Made by a program: the position numbers and the translations under genes
Assembly: GCA_010093605.1 (NCBI GenBank)
Contig: MU004195.1
Coordinates: forward strand, 744,001-808,000
Direction: 5' to 3'
Length of the DNA: 64,000 nucleotides
Origin: Lophium mytilinum
Lineage: Eukaryota
Notes under the pieces: model-generated
Seen by the model: only the letters and a program-made list of their open reading frames with translations
Databases searched by the model: none
What the model was told of the DNA's origin: nothing
In this document: positions 24,961 through 36,523 of the stretch, piece by piece
Layout: each line of letters begins with the position of its first letter
Position numbering within the stretch: the stretch's first letter is position 1

Positions 24961-25995
24961 TATATATGCTCGCTTTAAAGCCACGCCGTACCGCTGATAT
25001 CGCCACGAGATATGGATGTGCAAAAATTAGTCGAAAACTCATCCAAGCTATGCTTACCCCTTTAGCCCTCGGCACACCTAGCCTACTATGTCTCAACAAT
25101 CACGGAAACCCGTGGGTCTACGACTTCTGCACTGGTATCAGTTCAATCTTAGCACTCTAATCATCCACCGTAAAGGGGGTCCTGCAATCTCAAGATGCTG
25201 GTCTCCAAAAGGCCGAGGATATTGTGCCCAAATACTGGCCTCAGACTGATGTAACGTTTGTTAGCTTTATATTCCAAGACCGCCGCATCATCTGCAGTCG
25301 CCTCAAAACCACTTCAAGAGACTTGCTGAAAGATGAAAGGTCCGCAGCGGATTCAAACCACCCAAAAGAATACTTCGAAGAAGGCGAGCCACCCGCAAGC
25401 TTACTAGGCCCTAACAGCCACCGCTAGTGATCCCACAACTTTCGTCTAGTTACCACACGACCACTGGAGCTTTTCAGAGATTGAGTATATGGTGCGGACT
25501 TTGCTTAGAAGATAGGATACTGGCAGAATATTCCCTTGTATAAGGTGTTGAAAGTGGGTTGCTTTCGCATCAGAAGTTTTGTAGGTTGTGTTGAGACCTT
25601 GGCTCGCTGTGTAATGCAGGGATTTGCTGTTGTACTGTGGGGTGTGGGTAAGTTGGTGGAATAGGCTGAAAGAGTAGTCTGGATGATGTAGGAGATAGAG
25701 TTAGTGTTCCCCTAAGCCCTACACGCATGAGCAAAAACATCTCCCACCATTACCGCCATCGTCACTCAAACCCTCCCCATCCCACCCGTTCCTGCCCGTA
25801 CCACACGAAAATCACGCCGCGAGTTTCGCACTGAGACCTGTGAAAAAGTGGGATGGTGGGTTCTACATTGTATTCCCCGATGACCGCCCCTTACGTGTGT
25901 GTCTCGCATCCCCACGTGCTCTGTTACCTGCCTGCCTACTACAACTTCCCACCTCTTTGCCTCTCGCGCCACCACACCAGCGCCACAAAACGCAG

Positions 25996-28091
25996 TTACA
26001 GCGGTATCTGATCCAACGCCGTGATCACCGGGTACGTCTCGAATATCTCTTCTGCTAGCGGCGCGTTGTCAGGCCGGTCGACGACGAGGGCGTAGACGCC
26101 GGCTACGGTTGCGGCGGCGGCTTCTGCGCAAAAATTAAATATTAGCATCCTCTCAACGTACCCATGTGAATCTTTACGACGGAAGTGTGAATGAGGTAGG
26201 CCCCGCGGTAGTTGAGCAAGTGAGTGAATAGATGAATGGAGGGACGTACGTACCCTTCACGTTATCAGTCAAGAAGACGACTTTTTCGGGCACTGTGGTT
26301 AGTGCCGAGCAGATTTTGTCGTAGCTCGCGCTCTCGAGCTTCGGGCCGGCGGTGATGGTGTCGAAGTTGGCGGTGAAGAGGGGGTTGAGGTCGCGGGTTT
26401 TGGGGGGCGGGGTGGGGAGAATGGGTTCTGAGGTTGCGGTTTTGGCTTTCTTCGCTGAGGGGGAGGTGGTGGGTGGGGAGTGGGTGCGTTTGAGGGAGGT
26501 GTTCGCGTCTTTCGACTCTTCTAGCTGGGGTTCTTCTATGGGATTGGGTTCGGAGACATCTTTGGTATCCTTGTCATCGGATCCGCTACCCTCCTCGCTG
26601 GTCTCCGGATCAGTGGTCTTGGGCGAGGGTATCTCAATGTACTTGAAAAAGTTGAGTTGGGCCTCGACGCTGCCAGAGGAGAAGATGGCGAGTTTCTTGG
26701 GTATGGCGAGCCAGGACTCGAGGGCTGGGAGGACGTCCGGGTAGAGGGGCGTCGTTATCTCGCCGCTGGAGTAGCCTTGTTTCCATAGCTTGCCTGGTGT
26801 TTGGTTAGCTCGGTGTTGGAAAGTCTGCCAGCGGGAGGAGTTGGAGACGGGATTCAAAACGAGGGGTCAGATCAACAAAATCAATTTCGCTGGGAAATAT
26901 GTGTATTGCAGCGTTGATACGAATGTGTACTAAGCTTTGAAGGAGATGGTATTATGATGGTGTATAGGCAAGGTCTTCTAATATGCGGGGAGAAAGGAAG
27001 AGACGGGCGATATCTTCAATCCATCTCTCGACTTCATAAACCCCTCACGGGACGCATTTGACGAAGGAGAGAACTCCGAATCGCGAATCGCAAAGAAACG
27101 CTTCCACCTACCTTGCAACTGCTTCAAATACACGGCCTTAATATCCTTCCGTGTCAACTCCTCAACATGAGCAATCAGCGACTCGGAATCCCTCCTCGTC
27201 TCCTCTGGGAACCCCTCAATGAGCTCCTGAAAAGACTCCTCATCCCACGAATCATGGGCCAGTCTCGTGAGACGCCGCAAAGCATACGGATACTGAAAGC
27301 CGTAAGCACACACCCGATCGGCGGCTGGAGATGAAGACGCCGTCACGCGACCCCCGCGATCCCCACGATCGCTTCGCCTATCCTTCCGGAAAAAGACACG
27401 ATAGAGGAAATTGCGGAGGCTGGATGGGGTAACGAGTGGCTTGGGGCCCAACAGCCTCGACGATACATCGAAACGTGGGCTGGGAGCGACAGACAGCCCT
27501 CAGTGGATAGGGGAGTGGTCACAGGGCCGTTGCCCAGCCCCTGGAAGAGAAAACAAAAAGTCCGATGGCTTGCTTGCGCAGCGCAACGGGTGCGGGGAAA
27601 CAAGGTTGTGACAGAGTGGAATTGGAACTCGAGACGAAATGGAGCTATGCTCACCAGGGTGTCCTTGACGAAGGAGATGGACGATATGGTGCCCTCTGCG
27701 TTGAAGGCATCGTTAGTGGTTGTTCTCGTGAATGCCGGATCCCTTCACGTTGGCCCAACTCGGGACCCTCACCCCAGCCGCGCACTTCGCCACGGCGCAT
27801 ACTCTGGGGAAAGCCGTGGGTTCGAGCTGAGGTGGCTTGGTGTCACAGAGCGCTTGTGCTTGCAGAGCTGCTGCACGACGGCAACAAAGATCACCACTGC
27901 TGGTGCGACGGGTGGCTGCTGAGCCAGACCAGTCTGCGCGACGCCGGTTCGGGCAGCTCGCGGAGAAGTGCGTTGCGATGGACGGCGGGACGGCGCATCG
28001 GAGCGGACTTGGAGAGAGAGGACTGACCTATGTCGAGTAGGACGATATCAGCGGCCTTCCATCGCTCGACGTTGATCGCCACTGGAGACAT
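25996..28091 (-). CDS. UTR4: Enolase-phosphatase E1 (methionine salvage, HAD family); exons 28091-28028, 27695-27655, 27292-27112, 26793-26254, 26123-25996
   Basis: Spliced VLLDIEGTISSISFVKDTLYPYA; KDIKAVYLKQLQGKLWKQGY; IFSSGSVEAQ; FDTITAGPK; FLTDNVKE; VVDRPDNAPL. Confidence 0.93.
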
Positions 28092-31000
28092 TGTTGATAT
28101 CTGGGAAGTTGGCGGTGAGGAGCGGTGAGGGGCGAAAATTTTCTGGGTAGACGAATGGGGGGGCGGGTGTGTGTGAAGAAGGCTCGGGATTGGTCTGGGA
28201 GACGACAGGGAAGTAAACAGTGAATGTCAAGTGGGTGTAGGCGAGGGAGGTGGTGTGGAGCATGAAGACTGAGGGTATCAAGATTCTGCAGAGAAGCCGA
28301 AGCTGCAGGTAGCGGGAGCGCCTCTACCGCGCTGTGCTTTGGTAGGTTGGAAATTGTATTGTTTATCTGTGTTTATCTAATTCGAACGAAGAGTGAATGG
28401 CGGTCAAGATGAAAATTTTCATGTTTCCGTGGAGGTTGCTTGTTGAATTTACAGTGTTGAGTGTTGACTCGTGAAATGGACAACACGGCCCTCTTGGTCC
28501 TGAATTCGGACCCCATGGCTGGGACACTCTAGACCAAACAGGCTCGCTGCAGGGCTTGTTAGTAAGAGGCCACGATGCGGGCCCACTCCGGGCATCGGCT
28601 TGGTGCTGGGTGGAACTTGTTCACGAAACTGACACGTTGCAAGCTCCCGGGCAAGCTCGCCGTGGCAAAGACACGACGGAACGCTCCACTCTCCCTCGGC
28701 ATCCTACAGCATGTAAACATGTAGCTACATTCGGCGGTGAAGAAACAGAAACTTCTACGGGCATTCACTGGGTGCGAGGTGCAGCGAACCTGCAGTAGCG
28801 CGATGGATTCGGGACGGGTTTCGTGGCGAGAGCGTGGCCTGTCCTTGGTGTGCTTCTCGAGGTGCAGCGTTGGCGTCAGCCTACTCATGCATGGCCCGAA
28901 GCGTGCCTTGTTCGAAGCTCCGGGCGAGGCCGAATGCGATGCCGTCGAATTCGACGACTCCAACGGACTCGTTCGCCAGCGGGTTGAGAGCGGAAGGCCT
29001 CTCACCGACTTTGTTTCATCTCCGTCGCCGCATTCTGGCCAGTCTGGGAGAGCCACGATGCCGGATGCGATGCCGCAGAGGGTCCACATACTGAACACGG
29101 CCATGGGAGAGAAGAGCTTTCCCCACAGCCGCGGCTGCTACCCGCTGGCCGTGCTCGGGCAGAGTCGAGAGCTCTCACGCAGAGCTCAGGGGCTGATCGA
29201 GGTGAGGATTCAATGGCTTAGGATCCAAGGGAGCGGGCAGCGGCATCCCGAGCGCCAACAGCGGCATATGCTGCAGCTTCAGCATCCATGGCCTCAGACG
29301 CAGCTGGGCACAATATAGCCGGCGCAGGAATGGCGGGCACCGTTGTCGGTATCGCAGGCTGAGGTCGCGCAACTGGTGGTGTGTGCCTCAGGCCAATGGG
29401 GTTCACGATGGCGCCGTTGGGTGCGACGGCAAAGAGGAGGTGTGGCCTCGGTGGCAATTGGCCAGCAGCAGGCACAAAGAAAGGCACAGAAGCGGGTCGA
29501 GTTCGGCCGTCGATCTTGGCTGGCTCAGGCCCTTTGACATCTGGAGACGGGCGCTGTCATCTCACGCGAGGCCCTCCTTGCTTCACAATAATGGGGAGGG
29601 CGTTTCAGGCGCACTCTCCCAGCACGTCGGCCCACGGCGGAAGCAGCGGGGTCAAAGGAATGCTGCGTCAGCGCAAAATAGCGAGACTCTGGTCACGATG
29701 GCCGTCACCATGGCCGATGCGAGGGCTGTGGAGAAAGGAGCGAGGTCAGCCGCCATGTTGGAGAGGACACATGTCGGATGCGAGGGCACGGAGGACGCTG
29801 TGAGGGTGTGTGACAGACAGCGTGGAAAGCTCCAGAAAGTGCCGGTTCCGGACAGCTCGAGGCGCAGGCAGCGGCGACCGGGGCCCGCAGGCTAAGGGTA
29901 ATTTTGGAAAGGCGCTTGTCTCGATTCTGGCATAGCGGGCGCCTTCATGCGCGTCCAACGCACGCAAGCAACCACTCACTGGCCTCGATCGTCGCCACTC
30001 TGCTATTGGCCCTGGTGGCCCTGGCTTGGTTGACGCAGCCGGGCAGGTTCTCGCAGGCTCACCAGACCGCTCTTGCCCAGTGCCCAGCGCCCGGCCGTGG
30101 CTGCCGTATACAACCAGCTGTCCCCCTACCTACCCTCTGCACCCACCTCAACACCACAGACACCCGTACTATGTCCTGATACCGTCCCTCGCCCGCTGTT
30201 CCGCTGTAAAGCTTCGCACGCACTCACTCTTTCGACCGATTCTCTCCCATTCCTGCCATCCTCGCCGAATTCCTCTCGTTACCGACCCAACCGCCGTGCC
30301 TGCCCTGCCAAACAGCCCAACACACTCCCTCCCTCCGCCTCAGCCCCTCCAGCTCCTTCATCAATCTCGCCCGCTCCTCATCTCGCCCTCGGATCCTCCG
30401 CCTAGCTACGCTTTCTTCCAAGCCACTGAAGTAGTCTGTCCATCGTCGTCGCATTGATGTGAGGCTAGCTGCTACGGACAATCGGACTTGGTCAACAAAG
30501 CCTCGCCGCCTGCGTCGTCATCGGATCGTCCCCCGACGTGCTCCACAACATCCACCCAACCACCTCAATCAGCCTCCAGAGACCGTCTTTGATGCGTGCA
30601 ACAGCATCAGAGTCTACTCGAGAGTCCCGCCGCTACGCAGTATCGTCATCCTGGTCGATCCCCTGCCCCGTGAGCCTGCTCCGTTGACTCACGACGTAAA
30701 CAAACCGACAAAACCACCATTTGGCAGCCTATCTGTCACGACTCATCCCCCACCACACCCACGCTTTCCCACGTGTTACGAACATTTCCACCATCCTATT
30801 TACGCAGCGACCTCTTCGTCTTCAATTGTGAGCCCAGACTCCACCACGACTCACCTCATTTGCTTCGCCCTCTCGTTGATACGGGTTATCCATACAGCCA
30901 ATTAATACATCAAATGACAACAACAACTACACTCTTTTCATTTCCTTGTCTCTAGTCGACGGAACGGAACCCCCTGTGCATACTTCCCTACTCGACGACC

Positions 31001-31323
31001 TCTTTTAGCGTACCTGGAGTCTCTCTGGAGCGGCGGCCACCGATACCCCGGCCTTTCTGTTTTGCGCCTCCACCTTCTGCCTTTCTCGAAACCACCTCCA
31101 CTGGACTCGAAACTCTCCTACTTATCATCTTATTGCTATTCGCCCCCAGTTTTGTTGCACCGAAAAGTGTCATAGACTTTTGTTGCTAGTGCTGCTTTTA
31201 CACCCCTGTCGGTCTACGAACCCACTCCGTCTCTAAGCGTTCCCCTCTGTTCTCAACTGCTCGCCCTCAGACCCGTCTTCGGACCCCCTCGGCAGCCCCA
31301 CGATCCCTTCTACGTCCGTATCC

Positions 31324-33213
31324 ATGGATTGCATGCGTAATCAGTTGTTCGAAGGTGTTGTACTGGATGGACGATTCGAGACCATCGCACCTCTTAATCA
31401 TGGCTCCTTCGGCATGGTCTTCCAGGCGAAGGACCTCTGGACCGGAGATAATGTAGCCATCAAGTGCCTCACCAAGACTGCGGGAGCGAACGACTGCTCC
31501 ATGTTCGCTGTCGACGACAAATCCGAGGAACTTGACATCCACCTCCGCATCGGATCTCATCCAAACATCGTCAACCTGATTCACTCCTTCGAGACTAAGA
31601 ATCACATCTACCTCGTTCTGGAATTCTGCTCGAATGGCGACCTCTACGAAGCCATTCGCCTTGACAAGGGCCCCCTCGAGACCCAGCACGTTCGAGACTT
31701 CATGCTCCAGCTGGTCGACGCTGTTGAGCATATGCATTCGAAAGGCATCTACCACCGTGACATCAAGCCCGAGAACATCTTTCTCAACCAATACGGCGAG
31801 ATGAAGCTTGGCGACTTTGGTCTTGCCACCAAGGACGCTTGGTCTTTCGAGGCCGCCGTAGGTAGCGACCGCTACATGGCTCCCGAGCAGTACGACCCTT
31901 CCAACTTTGGCTACTCGACCTCGAAGGCAGATATCTGGGCCATCGGCATCTGCCTGTTGAACGTCTTGTTTTCTCGCAACCCGTTTGCTGTGCCAGCCAC
32001 CTCGGACCCGCTGTATGCAGACTTCGCTCTCGACAGGCAAACCCTCTTCGACGTGTTCCCAAACATGTCTCAGGACACGTTTGAGGTCTTGGTTCATAGC
32101 ATGGCAATCGACCCCGAGAAGCGCTCTCTGTCAATGGTGAGGGAAGCTCTTGAACGCGTCATCAGCTTCACCACTGATGACGAATCTCTCGATGAGTTCT
32201 GCACTGAGGAGCGGGAGACTGTTATTGCGAGTGCCAACCGCGAACCTCTGCGCACTCCGTCTGTTTCCACTGCTCAGCTCAACCAAGACGGCTCGTTCCC
32301 CTGGGCCAAGGCTCTTGCACTGTCCCCGCCGCAGCAGCTCCGCCAGCTTTCCGCAATTCCCGATACGGAGTCCTATTCGGAGGATCTGTTCTCGTCCTCG
32401 GAACAATCTCAGGACTGGTACGACGTCAAGCCGGACACAGCTTCCACAGTCTCGTTTGTTGATTCTGGTCTGGGCTTGTCTTTCAAGTCTTATGGCAACT
32501 CCCAACCCGAGCCAATCAAGGTGCAACGTTCCAAGCCTGTGCCCATCTCCGGGTCACTACCTATCACCGCTGGCAGACCTATCCCGAGCATGTCTACTGT
32601 CTTTGGAAAGAAAAGAGATGTCATTTCCAAGAGCTGGAGTGATCTCTGGGACGAGGAAGAGGAGGCTCATGCCGTTGTTGAGGTCGAGAATACGATTGAA
32701 CGCAAGGGAGGCTGCAAGAAGGAGAAGGCTTGGGATCACTTTGAGAGTGAATCAGGCGTCTCAACTCCCCGTGGTGGCCTCACCGAGGTCAAAAACCCTG
32801 CTACCGTCAACAACAGCAGGAACCGCACCCCTGAGCGCAGCCACCACGTGGACGACCGAGTCAGCGAGCAGACTGGCTTCATCTTCGAAGACCACACGCC
32901 GGCCCCTCCTCGCTACTCACCACCGTCAAAGCGTACCATCATGGACAAGTGGGCTGCGTTGGGTGATCGCAGGCGAGGTCAACAGACGCCGCAGAAGGCC
33001 CAAAAGTCTCCCGAACCTGCCTCCAAGCGAATTCGGGCAAGCAGCTGGAGACGCCACCTTAACTTCGGCCAAAACCACGCCAACGACAGCGGCATCTGGG
33101 AGCAGAAGGAGCCGTGGACTGCTTCTCGAGACTGGCGTCAGCATCCAAATTTTTCTAGTGATGACGTTGGCGATTTAGAGTGGGTTGGAGGTTGGCATGA
33201 CCTCCACTTGTAG
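31324..33213 (+). CDS. KSP1: Ser/Thr protein kinase, Ksp1/Ran1-like
   Basis: LNHGSFGMVF, VAIK, HRDIKPEN, DFG, GSDRYMAPE, DIWAIG; long Ser/Pro-rich tail. Confidence 0.9.
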   Translation: MDCMRNQLFEGVVLDGRFETIAPLNHGSFGMVFQAKDLWTGDNVAIKCLTKTAGANDCSMFAVDDKSEELDIHLRIGSHPNIVNLIHSFETKNHIYLVLEFCSNGDLYEAIRLDKGPLETQHVRDFMLQLVDAVEHMHSKGIYHRDIKPENIFLNQYGEMKLGDFGLATKDAWSFEAAVGSDRYMAPEQYDPSNFGYSTSKADIWAIGICLLNVLFSRNPFAVPATSDPLYADFALDRQTLFDVFPNMSQDTFEVLVHSMAIDPEKRSLSMVREALERVISFTTDDESLDEFCTEERETVIASANREPLRTPSVSTAQLNQDGSFPWAKALALSPPQQLRQLSAIPDTESYSEDLFSSSEQSQDWYDVKPDTASTVSFVDSGLGLSFKSYGNSQPEPIKVQRSKPVPISGSLPITAGRPIPSMSTVFGKKRDVISKSWSDLWDEEEEAHAVVEVENTIERKGGCKKEKAWDHFESESGVSTPRGGLTEVKNPATVNNSRNRTPERSHHVDDRVSEQTGFIFEDHTPAPPRYSPPSKRTIMDKWAALGDRRRGQQTPQKAQKSPEPASKRIRASSWRRHLNFGQNHANDSGIWEQKEPWTASRDWRQHPNFSSDDVGDLEWVGGWHDLHL

Positions 33214-33978
33214 TCTGGCTGTTGCGATCAATCCTCCCTTTTCCACTTGCTGTTTTTTCCCTTTCTTGAGCGACTTTGATAAAAAGAAGGATTGCTTTTC
33301 CCAAACAAACTTCTCTTCTCCCACCCTGTAGCTTTAGATATACCCCGTCTTACCTCCTTTTATTCTCCTTTTTCTTGACAGCGCTCATACATTATCCCCT
33401 TCCAGAGTCGATTTTTCCACCTGTTCGGGCTTTCATAAACCGATATTCTTATCTGGGTTAATGGGAGCAATGGGATCACGGGAGAAATTGACTTTTCGTT
33501 GTTGTTCAATGGGTATATGCATGAGCGTGGGGTTTTCAAGAATGGCACCCAAGGGGGAACAAGATGGATCTCGACATTTATTTTTCATAAAGCATTTCTT
33601 CGTGTAGTTGTTACAGCACTTGTACGAAGTACGGGATGGATATGGGGATGGTTTCATGGATGGAGAAACGGATAGTGGTGTCCTCTTTTTTCTCTTTGTT
33701 TTTGTTTGTGCGGCGTTTACGTTTCTTGCGCAAGTGGAAAAACGGATTAAGGATTGGGGGGATTGATCAACGCAGCCGAGACTCGTATCTGGGGATCTTT
33801 GGAAATTGAAAGACCAGATTTACCCACTCTTAAATTGTTTTTGATGCTCTGGTGATGGTGACTTGTCTGATGATATCAGACAGCTAACTATAGCGGTTGC
33901 TTTAGGGGGAAGAGGAGGGTACACTTTGGGTACTTCTTATGGAAGTATGTACCGAATTTACCGCATTATCCTCGTCGT

Positions 33979-34700
33979 TTAGCAACTTTGGCTTAGGCGA
34001 GCTGTCAGTGACGGCGTTGTGTAGTTACAAGTCCCTACACTTGCACTTCTCACATTCCTGCATTTTCTCCCATGGTCACTTCTACTCATATTTGTCCTTC
34101 TACTCACACTTCTCCTACTCACATCCCCCCTCCTACCTACGGACACACGATATTCCCACTCATCCCCACACTTTCCCGCTTTCATCCGACGTCATCCTGC
34201 CCCTTCCATCCCGCTCCCTTCCGTCCAAGACTTCCTCCCTAAATCCTAGCACTCCCTCTCCACCCCATCACCAATCGCCGCGCCCCCGACTTCCGTCACG
34301 GTCCCCACATCTTTTCGTTGCATGTGTCCCAAGGCCGGCGCTGTGTCGATCGTAACGGATATCGCGGGATCATCCCCGTCCGACGGACCGACGTAGTTAT
34401 GCGCTTTCTCCACACCCCTCTTCGCAAGCTGTTGCATTAGTCTCGCCAGAGTTCCCTTGAGTAGTGGTTTCACGGTTTTGGAGGCCGGCTTCGGTGGGCG
34501 TGGCGCGGAGGGGGTAGTGGATGAGCGCGGCTGTGCGGCGATGGACGGCTGGAGGGGGGGTTGGCGGGGGATGGTGTCCTAGTGGGGTCGGGTGATGGTG
34601 TTGTGAATGGGTGGGTACTCAAGGTATTAGGGCGAAAGATTGACACATTAGGAGGGTAGTGGGGGGATGGGAGAGGGTTTGGTAGAGGGACGGGGAAGGG
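33979..34700 (-). pseudogene. Possible decayed low-complexity gene
   Basis: ORFs 34246-34473 and 33979-34185 are in the same frame, separated by TAG (34248-34246) and TGA (34194-34192); next to a TpA-rich tract. Confidence 0.3.
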
Positions 34701-36523
34701 CATGATGGTAGATGATATATCTGGGAATATATGTGGGCGTTGCGTACGGTTGTTAGGGGATACGCTGTGGTCTGTGACTATATAACCCAAATTTACTATT
34801 GATGCATTAACGCAGTTCGATCTGTTACTATTGGTAACAAAAAGGACGATGCGTGTTGTAGCATAACCTTCTCCTGTATTCTTAGTCACGTGCTATATCG
34901 CGATTCCTATCACTATAGTTTAGTCTATACGTTTTATTAACATTATTAGACGTTATATATACAACGTTCTACTATGTATGTACCTATTGCCGCGCGCTCT
35001 CTATCTCAACATTATAGCAGTTCAATTCGTACCTTTTGTTAACATAAGTGGACGTTGCATGCTATAATAGAATCTTCTACTACCTACCTATAGCTATACA
35101 CTGTCTTCTCCCCCAAATATCACTATAGGCTAGTCCGTGACTAGGTTCACCGTTTGTTCCATTCGCACGACTACATTAAAGGTCGCGCAATATACTCATA
35201 CCCCACCCGCTACCCGCTTTTAAAACACAATCACGGCCCGAATTATCCCATTTATCCCATTTCACCTTACAGCGCCCGGTCACACACTTGTTTTCCATCC
35301 CATCTTTCCTGTAGACATGCTCAAAACCTTTGCACGGTCTAATTCGTTACTTATTACGATCCATATGTAACACCCCCTGTCCCCTCTAGTACCGTCCGGT
35401 CTGCACCACCACCACTCCCTCTCACCACGCGTATGCACGAGGAGCGCTCACATCAGCACTCCCCATCCCACTACCTCCCTGCATTAACAGCTTCCGCAGG
35501 CGAAGTAGCGATGTTTCACACCAAAAGCCACCGTCAGCGCTAACCCGCATTCCCTCTGCCTCCAACATCGACCCTAGGCGAGCTGGGAGGGACGCGACGC
35601 CAAAACAGCCCCGGAGATGGAGCTGGAGCGATGGGCGGCGCGTTTCAGATCGGGCGGGGTGGATGTGAGGTAGGAAGAGAGCAGGAATTGAGAGGGTGGG
35701 AAGGAGAGTTTAGGTGGGATAGGATGGTTAGGTAGTTGCGGGTAAGCGTGTGGAATGGTAATAAGTACACGAATTAGATTTTACAAAGACTTTTTGAAGT
35801 TGGATCTGAGAAATGCGAAATGGGAGATCGGTGTGTGGTCATCGAGGATATCCACCTATAGTGGTTTTAATTTTGATAGCGGAAATGCTTTTTGCGCTGG
35901 AAAGGAGAGGCGGGCTTTGCAGGAGACCAGTTGATCTGATTAATGCTGTTGAAATACTACGTCTCTCGCTCTCCTGGAAGCATGAAATGACGCCTCGAGG
36001 TGTTGGGGTCGGAGCATGTCAATGATAGGTTCGTTGATGGCGATTACGCTAACATATGAGTACAGCGTTTCTCAGTCATCAACGTGATTTACAGAACCGA
36101 AAGGTGACCGAGTGGAGAATGCTGAGTGTCAGTGAGTAATTGAAGATGTGCGTGCGTCGTCTGCATCTCTTACCACACTACCCACACACCTCACTGCATT
36201 ACCGTTTCACAGCCACCAAAGCACCCATAAATTTCGAACTAAATCGATCTGAATTCCACACCACGATCTATTTCAACCACTCACCACCACCGCACAAACC
36301 CGACAAAATCAAGCAGAAACCCCTCATCTCCAATCCATCGGCCAATCTCAGAAACCTCAGTGGTATGAAACAGAAGCACAAAATGCAGGAATCCCAGGGT
36401 CATTGCATAATCGCCCTTCTTCAGAGAAGAGGTAATATCATCCCAATCCCAATCGCTACCATCATGCCTATGTTCATGTTCGAACCGAATCGCTCGCATC
36501 AATAATTGACCGTTGATACCGCA

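Noticed and set aside
26794..28027. TPP riboswitch in the long UTR4 introns
   Set aside because: The conserved TPP aptamer motifs (e.g. GCUGAGA) were not found on the sense strand.
28500..30000. Many overlapping 60-190 aa ORFs on both strands
   Set aside because: GC-rich intergenic DNA with no recognisable domain or consistent splice structure.
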